Source: Convolutriloba macropyga
Lineage: Eukaryota
DNA: 64,000 nucleotides
Reading direction: 5' to 3'
Assembly (NCBI RefSeq): GCF_964194025.1
Contig: NC_134470.1
Coordinates: 65,906,001-65,970,000 of the forward strand
Part shown: positions 36,331 to 47,768 of the stretch, piece after piece
Layout of the letters: every line of letters starts with the position of its first letter
How positions within the stretch are numbered: position 1 is the stretch's first letter
Position numbers and translations under genes: made by a program
The notes under the pieces: generated by a model
Told to the model about the DNA's origin: nothing
The model's database searches: none
The model's input: the letters and a program-made list of their open reading frames with translations, nothing else

Positions 36331-39300
36331 TCAAGTTTGCGAGGAAACGGTGAAGCCTATAAAATCATAATCTATTCACTAAAAAGTAAATATATTCAAA
36401 TTCTCCTTCTTTCGATGCCATAAAAGCGTTTTGTGACATGTCACTAATATGCCATTAATGTCATAATCGGACAAGATAGTCTCAAAAATGGAAAATGACT
36501 AAAAAATATGGGAATTCGTAATATCAACGCCAAAAGACCATTATTTAATTGATAAAATAGGACTGAATACTACGTTGTCTTTCACGTTGACCTCTCTTCA
36601 ACTAAAAATTAGCAAATAGATTATTTTTGTATGTGCTTAACATGTCATTAAGGAGATCATGCCAATTGAGCATGTCGTCAAGGAGACTTAAGTCAAAAGA
36701 CTACAAAATATCATTAAAGGAGTGCTCACAATTTCGCATACAGTTTTACATACAAACTGCGTTGAAGCCAAAATAGAAAATAGAAAGCCTTTTAGCTGAA
36801 ATTATCTTGTATGTTTATAGACCGTCTATTGCAGATAAACTTGACTTGTCATTAACTGAGTTGGGTCCTGAAATTCATTCTGGTCTGTAATTAACATAAA
36901 GGCCAAAATATTATTTTCTTTTAATTTCAGCGCGCCAACACAATCCGAACAACTTCTGCAAAATAAAACTTCCATAACTAGACAAAAATGATCTTTCTAA
37001 TGCTGATGCCGGGAAACATTAAGCAATCATTAAAATTTTACAAAAACAATTTTTCGGAGACATGAAAACCATGAGTTTTACTCAGAACACATTGTTTTTA
37101 TTCGAACTTATTTGTTCAAAAGCGTGACCTCTTACTAATAGATTCTTCAAATTAACGCAAACCTGCATGTAATTGGGATGTAAAAATGCGAAAACATATT
37201 TTAGAAAAAAGACAGACTCAAATACAACCCGGATCCTTTTGAGCTCAAAAATCAACCATGATACAAAATCTGGACAATTTGTTATCTGGACAATTTGCAA
37301 TGCTGCTAAATAACGCAACGGTTCCAAACAATGTCGTAAGTTTCTATGGCAATTGAAGATCTTAATATATTAAAAATAAAAATCTTTTTTCAATAAAGAC
37401 TTAAATTAACGAAAGCTAAAAAGTTTCAGAATACTTTTTGTTAACCGGAGATAAAAATAGCTCTTATCTGAGCAAACGGCGATTGTATCAGCAGTTTTTA
37501 TCTGTGCACTGCAGGTCAAACTGGAAAAGGTGAAGCAAATAAGAAAATTTGATCCGAATTAAAATTGCTGAATGTTCAAAAATTTCGCCAAATCATAAAC
37601 AGAACAATTGGTCCAAACAATTCAGCAACTCTTTTTCATCATGAAAAGTAAAACCAATGAGAGACTATTGTATATAGTTTTATCATGTTTTTTAAAGCAA
37701 AAATTGATCAAAGCTATCAAAAACGACTAAAAAGGTGAATTAAAAAACGGAAGTTAGGCTAACGTTCACAAAACTATAAACCCCAGTAACTCCTTGGAAA
37801 AAACGAAGTTTTTCCAAGTAACACTAATAAAATGTAAAAATTATTATGTAGTAAATTTGCCACTGTACTTTGCTCTTTAAAATCGCTGTTCATATTCATT
37901 TTATGGCTAAATGCACTTTAGCTAAATCAAAGAAAATTAGAGAAAAAGACTCACAAAATTAGCAGAGAAAAGAAATTCGACCGATTTGTAAATTTAGACC
38001 AATCTGCTAGATTGTCGAGCCCAAAATGCACCAAATTTGTTTAATAGGATTACGCCAGCAGTTTTTCAGCATTGCTTTTGACAAATATGAACGGAAAGAA
38101 CGGCTATTTTGACACCAATTAATCAAACAAACAACAGAATAACAAATTTGTCAGGAGAACCGTAAAATCAGATCAACTTTCTGAATAGGGGGGTCAAATA
38201 GCCGTTTTAAAATAAAAAAAGTTAGTGCAATGAACTTGAGAAAAATAGAAAATGCGCTGAAAATCCTGATTTAACGCCAGTTTTAATGAAACGGACTCAA
38301 CTCAGGCTAACGGATTCACTATTTGCAGTAAGAGTCAAGCCGAACAATTCAGCAAATCTCTACAAATTCAGATTTTAAATAATGACAAACAATTTTTATC
38401 TTATATCAACAAGAATATGTTTAAATTGAAAAAAAAAATCCTCTTATCATCTAAAAGACATCAAAAATGTGAAAATCAGTTGAATGTTCACTTCACATTA
38501 CATTAAACCCCAAAAACTAGTTGAGAATGAAGAAACTAAAAAATTCTCCAATGAAAATATAATACGCTCGAGAGGATCTATTTGGTCCCTCTCCCCATCT
38601 TATTGGGCATAAATTTTACGCCTACTCCCTTTACGCTATTAGTATTTTTACATAGTAACATGCTCTATAACAACTCGTAATGGGTGAGCGGGATCATAAA
38701 AACACAGGGGGCCGAAGCAGATTAGATCCGGAAAGCAGACGTATATCACCGTCCCACCTACTGATGGTACAACTCATCATCATATGTCAAATATACACTA
38801 TGTTAAAAAAAACTGAATTCCGATCCACGTCAACGAGTACAATTGATATTAGTCCGGCAGTGTAATTATTTAAATGGATTTATTATTTACATATTATAAC
38901 AGAAAACTTGAGTTAAATTCAAATTATGTCGCATATTTCAAAATAAAAATTAATTAAGTTTATAAAGTCAACCCTACCAGGAAACAGTAGTTCTAATTCA
39001 TTTTCCAAATTTAAAGCCATGCCATGTTGAACAAGTAACCTTCCACAAAAAAGGGTTCCTTTTGTAAGCTGAGGAGAAGAAAGTTCTAAGTTGCTTGGGG
39101 AAACTTTTTTTGGTCTTGTTTGATTTTATTTTCGCTGGGTAGTTCATTCCAATCTAGTATCGCTAATCTAACAAAAGAGTTTTGCCTTTTTATAGAGAAA
39201 AATTTTTGGTCCCAGAACAATTTTTTTGTCCTTATAGACTCATGAAGATTCCAGGTGATTAAAGGACGTCCCGATGTTGGTGAAAAAGCAGGTCGTAACT

Positions 39301-41538
39301 GTTTTTTTATTTTCCAAAAGTATTGTAATCTTTTTGTTTTTAAAAAGAGTTTTACGGGTAGTATATTCCGACTGCATTTGATATCTTGAACAGATTCAAA
39401 TTTCTGTCTAAAAAAGGTTGCTCATAATGACCAGTTAAGCTGTTTCTCAACAGACATTATTAAATTTTGCTCAATTGCGTGAATGATAACCGCTGAGTAG
39501 TGCAAGTGACTTAATACTAGGGCATTTAGGACAAGTATCAATAGTTTTTGTGGAAATGATTTTCTAATAGCATAAATTGTTTTTATTCCTCGGGCCATTT
39601 TTCGTAAGATATGTTTCACTTCCTCTTGAAACGTTAAATTGCTGTCTATGTGACCCCCTAAATATATTACTTCAGGTTTCTCGTCTATTGGAATTGAATC
39701 TAAAATTATCTGTTCACTGAAATCATTTCTTTTGCTCTTACCAAATATCATGAATTCAGTTTTAGAGGTATTAACTGTGAGGTGATGTTCATGAAAAAAT
39801 CGAATAAGTTTGTTTGTATTTTGCTCTAACTTGATTTTGCTTTTGTCAATGGAGGTATCAAAAGTTAAAATAACGGTATCGTCAGCATATTGTATGAGTT
39901 CAGTTTCATTGTCAACTCTTGTTGCCATGTCATTAATGTACAGATTAAATAGGAGCGGACCAAGTACTGTTCCTTGTGGTAAACCTCTATGAAGCATTAG
40001 TTCATCTGATATGCATCAAAACCTAAGTTGCCTAACTTGATATCCAAAATGTCATAATTGATAGAATCAAAAGCTTTTGATAGGTCAAGAAATGCTGCTG
40101 TGACAAAATTGTTAATGTCAAATTGTTTCTGATGAATTCTGTGCAAAATAATAGGGAATCGATGGTAGAAAACTTTTTCCTAAAACCATACTGATTTTCA
40201 CTTAGTAATTTGTTGTCGTGAACGAACTGACAAATTTGATCCCTCAAGATGGTTTCAATGATCTTAGAAAGGCATGGGGTAATGGAAATTGGGCGATAGT
40301 TATTAGGTTCCTCAGGGTCATCTTTCTTGTATAGTGGTACAACATGTGCTCGTTTAAGATCATTGGGGAAGCAAGATAATTTGATGCAGTAGTTCACAAG
40401 GAAATTTAAATGAGGCACAATGACGGAGCTTGAGTCTTTAATAGCCCATGCAGGAATGTTTGATGGTCCAATCGGTTTATTTCTCCCCAGTGCCCTAACT
40501 GCGTCATGAGTCTTTTTCCGTTACATAGTGAAAGCTAAAAGTTTTTTGTTTAGGATTGCCTGTCCCAGAAGTCTGTAGTGGATGCTGAGGGACTTGGAAT
40601 TTCCCAAGTGTAGAGAAACGATAGTTCAACAGGTTAGCAATTTTTCTTGTTTGGGTTACATAATCACCAAATACATTTCTTAGACTGTAGATTCTGGGTT
40701 TTGTTTTTTCAGAGTTTCTTACTTCATTTATCAGCATCCACTTTTTTCTGTCACTTTCTGCTGCTTCAATAAAATTTCTATGAAATCTGTTGAAATCGTT
40801 GTCATTAGAAATACTAAAGTGGTTTTTTAGATCAAAGAAATTTTCATAGTCTTTATCATTCAAAAACCTATCTCGATCGACCATCAGTTGTCTTGATTTA
40901 ATCAATAAGGCTTTTGGTATTGTTGCCCCGGTTTAAACGAGTAGGAATGGTTTGGTTCTTTATATGTAAATCATAAGGAAGTATTACTGTTTCAAGCCTA
41001 GATCTTTCCAAGGTATCTAAATAGTTAATGTTATAGTCGCCCAGAAGTATTATCTTTTCGTTTTTCGTAATTGCATTATCAATCTTAATTGCAAGTTGGT
41101 CCAAAAAATCAGTGCTGTTTTGTTTATTGGGGTTATAAGTAACATTCACTAGTAAGGATGGACAAGTTGGTATTTTCAATGAGACCCATACACTCTCAAA
41201 ATTCCCCGTAAAAAGATTCAAATCATTACGAATTTTTGGAGAAAAAACTATGGAACAAGCATGATAACTCCACCACCTTTTTTGGTTTTCGTTCCGGCAG
41301 GCGAAATACGGTCAGATCTGAAACAACAGTATCTTTCTTTTTCAGGATTGAAAACGTTTATATCATCAAACTCACAAAGCCATGTTTCTGTGAAAGAAAA
41401 AAAGCAGTTAGGACCAAGATCGTGCACTAGCGTGCGTAGTTCTTTCTTTCTAAGAATGCTTGGTACATTTAGATGATAAATTTTTATTTCCGACTCTCTT
41501 CTTAGAGTCATTTTGATAGACTCATTGTATGTTAAAAC

Positions 41539-41580
41539 AGGTCCTGGGTTTGTTTCTATATCACCAGCCCTTAGGAGTAG
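41539..41580 (-). other. 2A-like (StopGo) peptide LLLRAGDIETNPG|P at the N-terminus of LINE ORF2
   Basis: Exact match to the D(V/I)ExNPGP consensus with the typical upstream Leu-rich tract, immediately before the APE domain. Confidence 0.9.
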
Positions 41581-42009
41581 CGTTAAGCTAATCAGAAAAA
41601 GAAACATAGTAATAATTTTACATCCTACAAATAAAAACCCTGTTTGTGGAAGGTACTTAAAAGCTTTTCCAAAGCCTTCGTCGAAAGTTTTTGTTTTGCT
41701 ATGTAATGTAATTGCCACTGTTGACGCGGGAATTCTTGAGGCCAACAGTAGCAAAACTAAATAAAAACATTTTGATTGTTGGGTTGACGAAAAGAAGATG
41801 TTCAATGTCATTTAGTTTAAACAATTGCAACAACAGTTCTCTAAATCATCAGTATTACAAATTATCGTTTTATTGGAATGGGGGTCTTTGATAGGATTGG
41901 GCATAATAATTAGAAGCACCTTTATAGTTTAGTGCGGAGTATCTTTGATTCACAGGCTGATAACTTTTGTTATAAGTCGATAAATTATTTCTGTTTGTTT
42001 GGGGGTAGT

Positions 42010-42883
42010 TATGGTTTATTTCGATAATTAGAGCTGTAGGCGTTTTGAGGACTTTTATTAATTAGGCTTTTCTTTTGATAGAGTCCTTTGGAACAGATGC
42101 TACCATTAGATGTCAAAAGAAGATGAGAAAGCAGCCAGTTTTTGAGAAGAGACACACCATGCTGGTAGTTTAAATGCACATTATCAAAATATAAGAAATT
42201 ATATCCAATGGAATCACTACCGTTATTATTATCCTTGTTACTGCACTATTTACATTTTTAATATTAGCATTAAGAAAAGATATCTTGAAAGATGGTTTAT
42301 CGGAATAGTAAGATGTAATATTATTGATTTCATCAATTTTTTCATTTTTATCCCGATACTGCTCAAAGTTTTTCAATGGTAGTATTTCGCAAACAACGCA
42401 AACATCTGGATTGAATTTTTCAATGCATAAGTAAATTAGTTTTTGGTGTTCAAGGAAATTTTCGTTGGCAGATTTACTATTATGTTTCAGCACGTTGTTT
42501 GTTCCGTCTTGAATTGCTAATGTTCGGATTTTTTTTGGGTCGTATTTGTTCAAAACTTTAATTTTCTCGTTGTCAGTGGACCCACGATAAGCATGAATTG
42601 CGCAGTCGATTAGAATAGATTTGTCGATCTCAACCTTGCCTATTATACTACTGCCAATAACAAGGTTTTCGCATTCCGGTGACAGTTCTTTTTTTGGGAA
42701 ATCGCGAACCAATTCGTTCGCCTCCGTCATGGTGCCTACTGTTTTATATTCTTTTGCAATTGGAACCCCACCCTGAACCGTCTCACCCCCTACCAGTTGG
42801 AGATTAGCCATATACAAACCAGACTCCATCATCTTGTTAAATTTTGTAATTGTATCCTCTATAAATTTCTCTTTTTCTTCCAA
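42010..42883 (-). pseudogene. LINE ORF1 with SGNH esterase domain
   Basis: NLVIGSSII (block I), AYRGS (II), QDGTNNV (III), CEILP, and YFDNVHLN (V) after a frameshift; charged helical N-terminal region. Confidence 0.8.
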
Positions 42884-43158
42884 TTTTTTGTAAGTTTTAA
42901 CATAGAGCTGGTAAATGTCTTGTTTGTTCAGAGAGGAATACTATTTATCATCGATCACTTTTGTTTATTAAACAATAATATTGCTTTACTGTGTGATTTG
43001 AGAGCTGTTATGTGTTTAGAAATGCATGAATAATGCTCAGAATCGAGTGTTTTTGACAAAATTCTTTAAGGTCAAAGAGGAGAAGGTCAGACTCTTTAAG
43101 GTCAGTGAGGATATTATTCGAAAGTAAGAGATTGTTCGAAAGTAAGAGAGATTACGTA

Positions 43159-44204
43159 CACTGCGTTACAAAAGTTACGGACATCTAAAGATTTTTAAAA
43201 AGCAATACCAACATCAAATAATACATTTTCAGTTCAAATGTTCTCTAATAACGGGTCATTACACATTTAGCATTTTTTAAAATCTAGCTGACTTGTTGTT
43301 TAGTTTTCAAACGTTTTCTCTTATCTGCGTCAATTTCGTTCGGAATTTCTTACACTTCTAAACTTTCAAACACAACTGTCTTTTTTCGTTATTCCTGCTC
43401 CATTATCGCCCATAAAACTTCAACAGAAATCAGATCTCACTGTATGCCGGCCATTCCAGTACCTTCCACTCCTTTTCTTGGAAAATTGCTGATTATCTTC
43501 TATTTATGCACAGGGTCACTATCTTGTTGAAAAGCAAGGTCCTGAAAAATTTTCTTCGTAGTTATTCAAAATTTCTCAACAACCGACAGCAATTAGCTTG
43601 TTTGCACGCCCAACAAGCATTTTCCGTTCATCTGATTGTATTGCAGCCCAAAACGTACGTGCTCGCACGTTTGACCTCAAATTTGTTTTATTCAAGAAAT
43701 TCAGTTTTTCTTCAGAAATGTTGTTTTTCTTCAGACTAACTTCCTGCAACATTTCTGCAGTATTTTTTAAGAAATCGTCTAACTGCACCTATGGATAATG
43801 TATCCTAGCAAGAGAAAGCGTTATGAGTCACTCTAAAACGCTCCAGTGAGGTTTTGGGATCTTTTAAACATCGTTAACTAACTTTCTAAATTTTTGACAA
43901 TTGTCGGGGACTTCCGCTCCATTTTTGGCCTCGAAACTGATGTTTTTCAGGCAACGTTTGTATGCACACTGTATTTTTTCAGTTGTTTTTGTATTTTTGT
44001 CCATGAAAATCCGACATCTCGTAGCGAGCCAACTCGGCAAACAGTGAAAGAACAATGCGGTTTAACCAATGAGAACGAAATTTCGTTTAGAACTTCTAAT
44101 TGCACACCTTTTTTTCGCGCATTGGTGGATATCAGGCTTATGAAGCACGAATAATGCTTTAAAAGCAGAAATTATGCTATACGTAACCTTTTGGTACCAT
44201 AGGG
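43159..44204 (-). mobile_element. Degenerate Tc1/mariner (Tc1-like) DNA transposon
   Basis: TA-flanked TIR TA|cactgcgttacaaaagttacggaca at 43159 and a decayed partner ...cgtaaccttttggtaccataggg|TA at ~44180-44204. Transposase remnants across frames: FWAAIQSD, FQQDSDPVH, WKVLEWPAYS, DLISVEVLWAIM. Confidence 0.8.
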
Positions 44205-44475
44205 TATTTATTTATTGACAAAAAGTGAGATAAGAAAAACAGTTGAGCATATAGTTCATCTAAGTAGAACTGGAATAGAAAAGTTACCAGAAAAGAGGTC
44301 AAATTAGTCCGACAAAAAACTGCATGAAAAACAACAGGATCTAAGTAATTATTCAACTTATTTGAAAGCAATTGAAAACCATTCACAGATAACACACCCA
44401 TAATGGGCGTTGCCAATATTTTAAATTCCTCTGACATTTAAAAATAATTCCTTACATAAAATACAAAATCAACAA

Positions 44476-45390
44476 TTATTTAAATCGAAAATATATCTGC
44501 CTAAATTTCAAAATTTTGCACCAATGTGTGTAGGAAATAATAGCACAAACAGAGGCCACAATGACAACCGAGTTCGTCGCTATAGTCTTTACCTTGTCTC
44601 GTTCCATCAAACTAACAATCGAAAGTTTCCTCGGTTCTTTGAAACCCGAAACTTTTAGTTGTTCGCGGATCAAAGTTTCTATTCTTTCCACGTAATTAAT
44701 AACAGAATCAAAACACTGAATACTCGTTTGGGCTTTCTTCCAAGGAAGCCCTGCTTTGACTAACGGAAACAAAAGGCCGAATAAATACCCATCAATAGAC
44801 GATAAATGATCGCCGAGTAAAAACTTCTTTGACTTCAAGTGACCACTAAGAACATCCAAAGCAATCTTCAAATCATGCAAAATTTTCACTTCCAGCTTTG
44901 CATTACTGTTAATCAAATCAGTTTCTCCAATCAAGTTCAAAAGTTCTCTTTTCTTGTATTTTGAATACAAAGTCGGAAGAACTACACCCCAAGGAAATGA
45001 ACAATTTCGTCCAAAAAGCGGCCGACTGTAACTAACTACATTCGAATGCTCACACCAAAATGTGTACAAAAATACAGGATAAATTTTCAATTTGATAAAT
45101 TCGCGAAGATGAACTTCGGACGCTTGCATCGAGCTCCATAGCAATTGATCGATTTCTGATTGCGTCAAATAATCATCATCTTTCTTAACAGAGACAAGGC
45201 TACAAGATTGCATAATTCTGGAAACGGGCGGAACTTCGTACTTGACAGTTGTTCCAATCTCGGGTAACTTTCGGTTGTCACCATTGCTTCTGTCAGATAT
45301 AAATTTTGTCAAAATCTGCAACGCACTCGGGTCAATTGAGATGCATTCCGAACTGTACAGCCATAAACCAATGCTATCAATGACACTCAT
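44476..45390 (-). CDS. Metaxin-1/3-like mitochondrial outer-membrane protein (GST-like fold, C-terminal TM), 304 aa, single coding exon
   Basis: SIDPSAL, FLYTFW...SRPLFG...FPW, LDVLSGHL...FLLGDHLSSIDGYLFG, and a hydrophobic C-terminal anchor. ATG at 45390 follows a tttcAG acceptor; a candidate 5'UTR donor lies at 46033. Confidence 0.85.
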   Translation of the reverse strand: MSVIDSIGLWLYSSECISIDPSALQILTKFISDRSNGDNRKLPEIGTTVKYEVPPVSRIMQSCSLVSVKKDDDYLTQSEIDQLLWSSMQASEVHLREFIKLKIYPVFLYTFWCEHSNVVSYSRPLFGRNCSFPWGVVLPTLYSKYKKRELLNLIGETDLINSNAKLEVKILHDLKIALDVLSGHLKSKKFLLGDHLSSIDGYLFGLLFPLVKAGLPWKKAQTSIQCFDSVINYVERIETLIREQLKVSGFKEPRKLSIVSLMERDKVKTIATNSVVIVASVCAIISYTHWCKILKFRQIYFRFK

Positions 45391-47204
45391 TAGCACCTGA
45401 AATCACCGTTTCGCGTAAATTTTAGCCTTACAATATTCTGTTGACATAAGACAGCACTGTAAAATTTATTGTGCTTCTTGGTCGAACTGCTTGTATTTTA
45501 TCTGTCAAAAAACTTCAAGCAAGTTGAAAAATAAATGCCTGTTTTTCATTCCTGGTACAAAATTTTTTGGCAAATTTGTTTGTTTTGAACAAATGGCCAA
45601 TTGCAAATCAGTTGACGGAGGTGTTCTTACCCTTTTCAAACCAAAAATGTCAACTAATGTCCATTCAGATACCCAATTACGATAGAAGTTATAAAACAAG
45701 ATTATCAAAAGTAAAAAACAGAAATTTCCTTTGGTCTTCATTAATTTCCGATAATTCCTGCCAAACTGACGTTGTTTTGAGTCTCCTTTCTTATAAATTT
45801 AAATAAAGTGCAAAACAAAAAATCCAGATTACAGAGAAAGACAAATTCAATACTGTCTGTTTTCATGCATTTTTTCTTCAAAAATTGGAGTAAAATGAGC
45901 TTCCCAATAGCCACCGAAAAAATGTAATTTTGCAAATAAGAAAAAGCTTCAATATTTGAAGTAAGAGGATATAGGAAAACAATTTCATCAGAGTTGCAAA
46001 CTTTTTTGGTCAAAACAAAGGTTAGTTTCTCACCTTCGCGCTTCGATTATTAGGGTTACTGCTATTAGCTGTTGTTGGGTTAAACCTCTCTAACTACTAC
46101 GGATTTTAAAGTTCCGAAAACCTTTTCTAGCAATTTATTTAGAGATAGAATTCAGAATTTTTTTACCACTTTCCTAACAAAAACGCAAATTTTCCTTCTT
46201 ATTGAACGATTGGGATTAGGGTCTCGAAAATTGATAATACCGGTTAGCACCTACAGGAAATATTGCTAAATGCGGTAGTTTCACAAAAATATGACTTAAA
46301 ACTATCAAAAAAAACGAAGAGATGCGGGCGCAAAGACATTTCATTTACAAAATAAGCGTAAGAGTTATGAAAGAAGCTAGGGAAAGAAGAATTGATACAT
46401 ATCGCATTCTTTAATGAAAAGGCTCTTATTTTGAGTTTCGCGATCGAAAAACGCTATCAATCCTTTATAGAAAACAACTAACCAATTGAAAAAACGGAAA
46501 AACAAAAAAAATTTCAAGTTGGAAAACTTTTGCTCCTCCCTTTTCAAACAATAATTTCTCCAGGAATTTTTTCATTGCTTGAAATACTGAATCAAAAAAT
46601 GAAAATTTCTGAGTTTTTACAAAAAAATCGTTTCTTTTATTCATGAAACCTATAATTGTTGAAACCTTCGTCACTTCAAAAAAAAAAATAGGCTTAAGAG
46701 TTATCATAAAAGCTAAGGAAAGCTAAGTTGATACATATCAAATTTTAATATAAGGCTATCAATTCGAGTTTCGCAATCGTTTGCAGAATACAACTACCCC
46801 ATTCAAAAAAAAGACATCCTCTTCCTTTTTCAAATAATTTTTGTTCGCATTTTATCGCTCGAACTACTGGATTAGAAAATATAAATTTCAGAGTTTTCAA
46901 AAAAAGACATTTTTTATTCATGAAACCTATTATTGTGTCCTTCGTTACTCGCAAAAATAAAATTTCGAAGAAACTTACAATTCTACGGAAAAAAATTTTT
47001 CAGAGAAAAGTACTTTTCTTCTTTTGGTTGTCTAGAGATAATCAACTCATAGTTAGTTATAGATAAAAAGATCCAAAGAGAATGATTTATTGTTTTCTTT
47101 TTTCTTAAAAATACTTATTAAAAGCATGTGATAGAAATAAAGCTTAAATCAAAAACGCACACACCCTACGCGCACACACACAAGAATTAAAAAAAAATCT
47201 ACAA

Positions 47205-47550
47205 CACATCTGAATGCAATAGGTCAAAGCAAATCAATATAATCTCCTCGATAATAAAATCTATTCATGCGAACGTCGCGAAAATAACATTGGATCAGTG
47301 GCTAATGCTCCTTCTTATCACGTTTCAAAGCCCATGTCCATTCCGGACAATCTTTCTTTTTGCTTTCGATGTGTCACCTTTGCAATGCTGCAATATAAGT
47401 CTCTAAAGCGTAGTGTTCAGTGCTTAGACATGTGAAAATTAACAGTCACTCAAAAAATATAAAAGAAGACTATATATTTATATAATTTATTTAACCCTTC
47501 CACCAAACCATCCACACCAGCACACACAATCACTTAAACACTCACATGCA
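47205..47550 (+). mobile_element. Diverged tRNA-related SINE-like repeat, copy 1
   Basis: A-box-like tggatcagtgg at 47291; collinear with 51840-52100, including upstream flank and the (AC)-rich tail. Confidence 0.6.
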
Positions 47551-47768
47551 CAAGAAAAGATATTTGTTACTAATTATATTGTTATCACATGGAAAAATGT
47601 TATTGATAATCAAACGAAAAGCTTTAAAATTAAAAACATGCCACCCGCACACACACACGCAGCAATTCAATATTTTATATTAGTTACCATTTCTCACCTT
47701 TCTATTTACCATTCACCATACCCCCTCTCTCCGCATTTTCTTTCCCCTGTTGCATCTGGTTTCTTTAG

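Larger units (their letters stand above)
38865..43150 (-). mobile_element. Near full-length decayed APE-type LINE (CR1/L2 group) with SGNH ORF1 and 2A-APE-RT ORF2
   Basis: ORF1 pieces ~43000-42010; APE motifs (HLNVPSI, SFTETWL, KKGGGV, YNP, LLGDYNIN, PTR..KSLID); RT motifs (NYRPISI, QYGFR, GLPQGTVLGPLLF, QYADD); AATAAA near 38880. Several frameshifts and an internal RT deletion near 40020. Confidence 0.92.
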
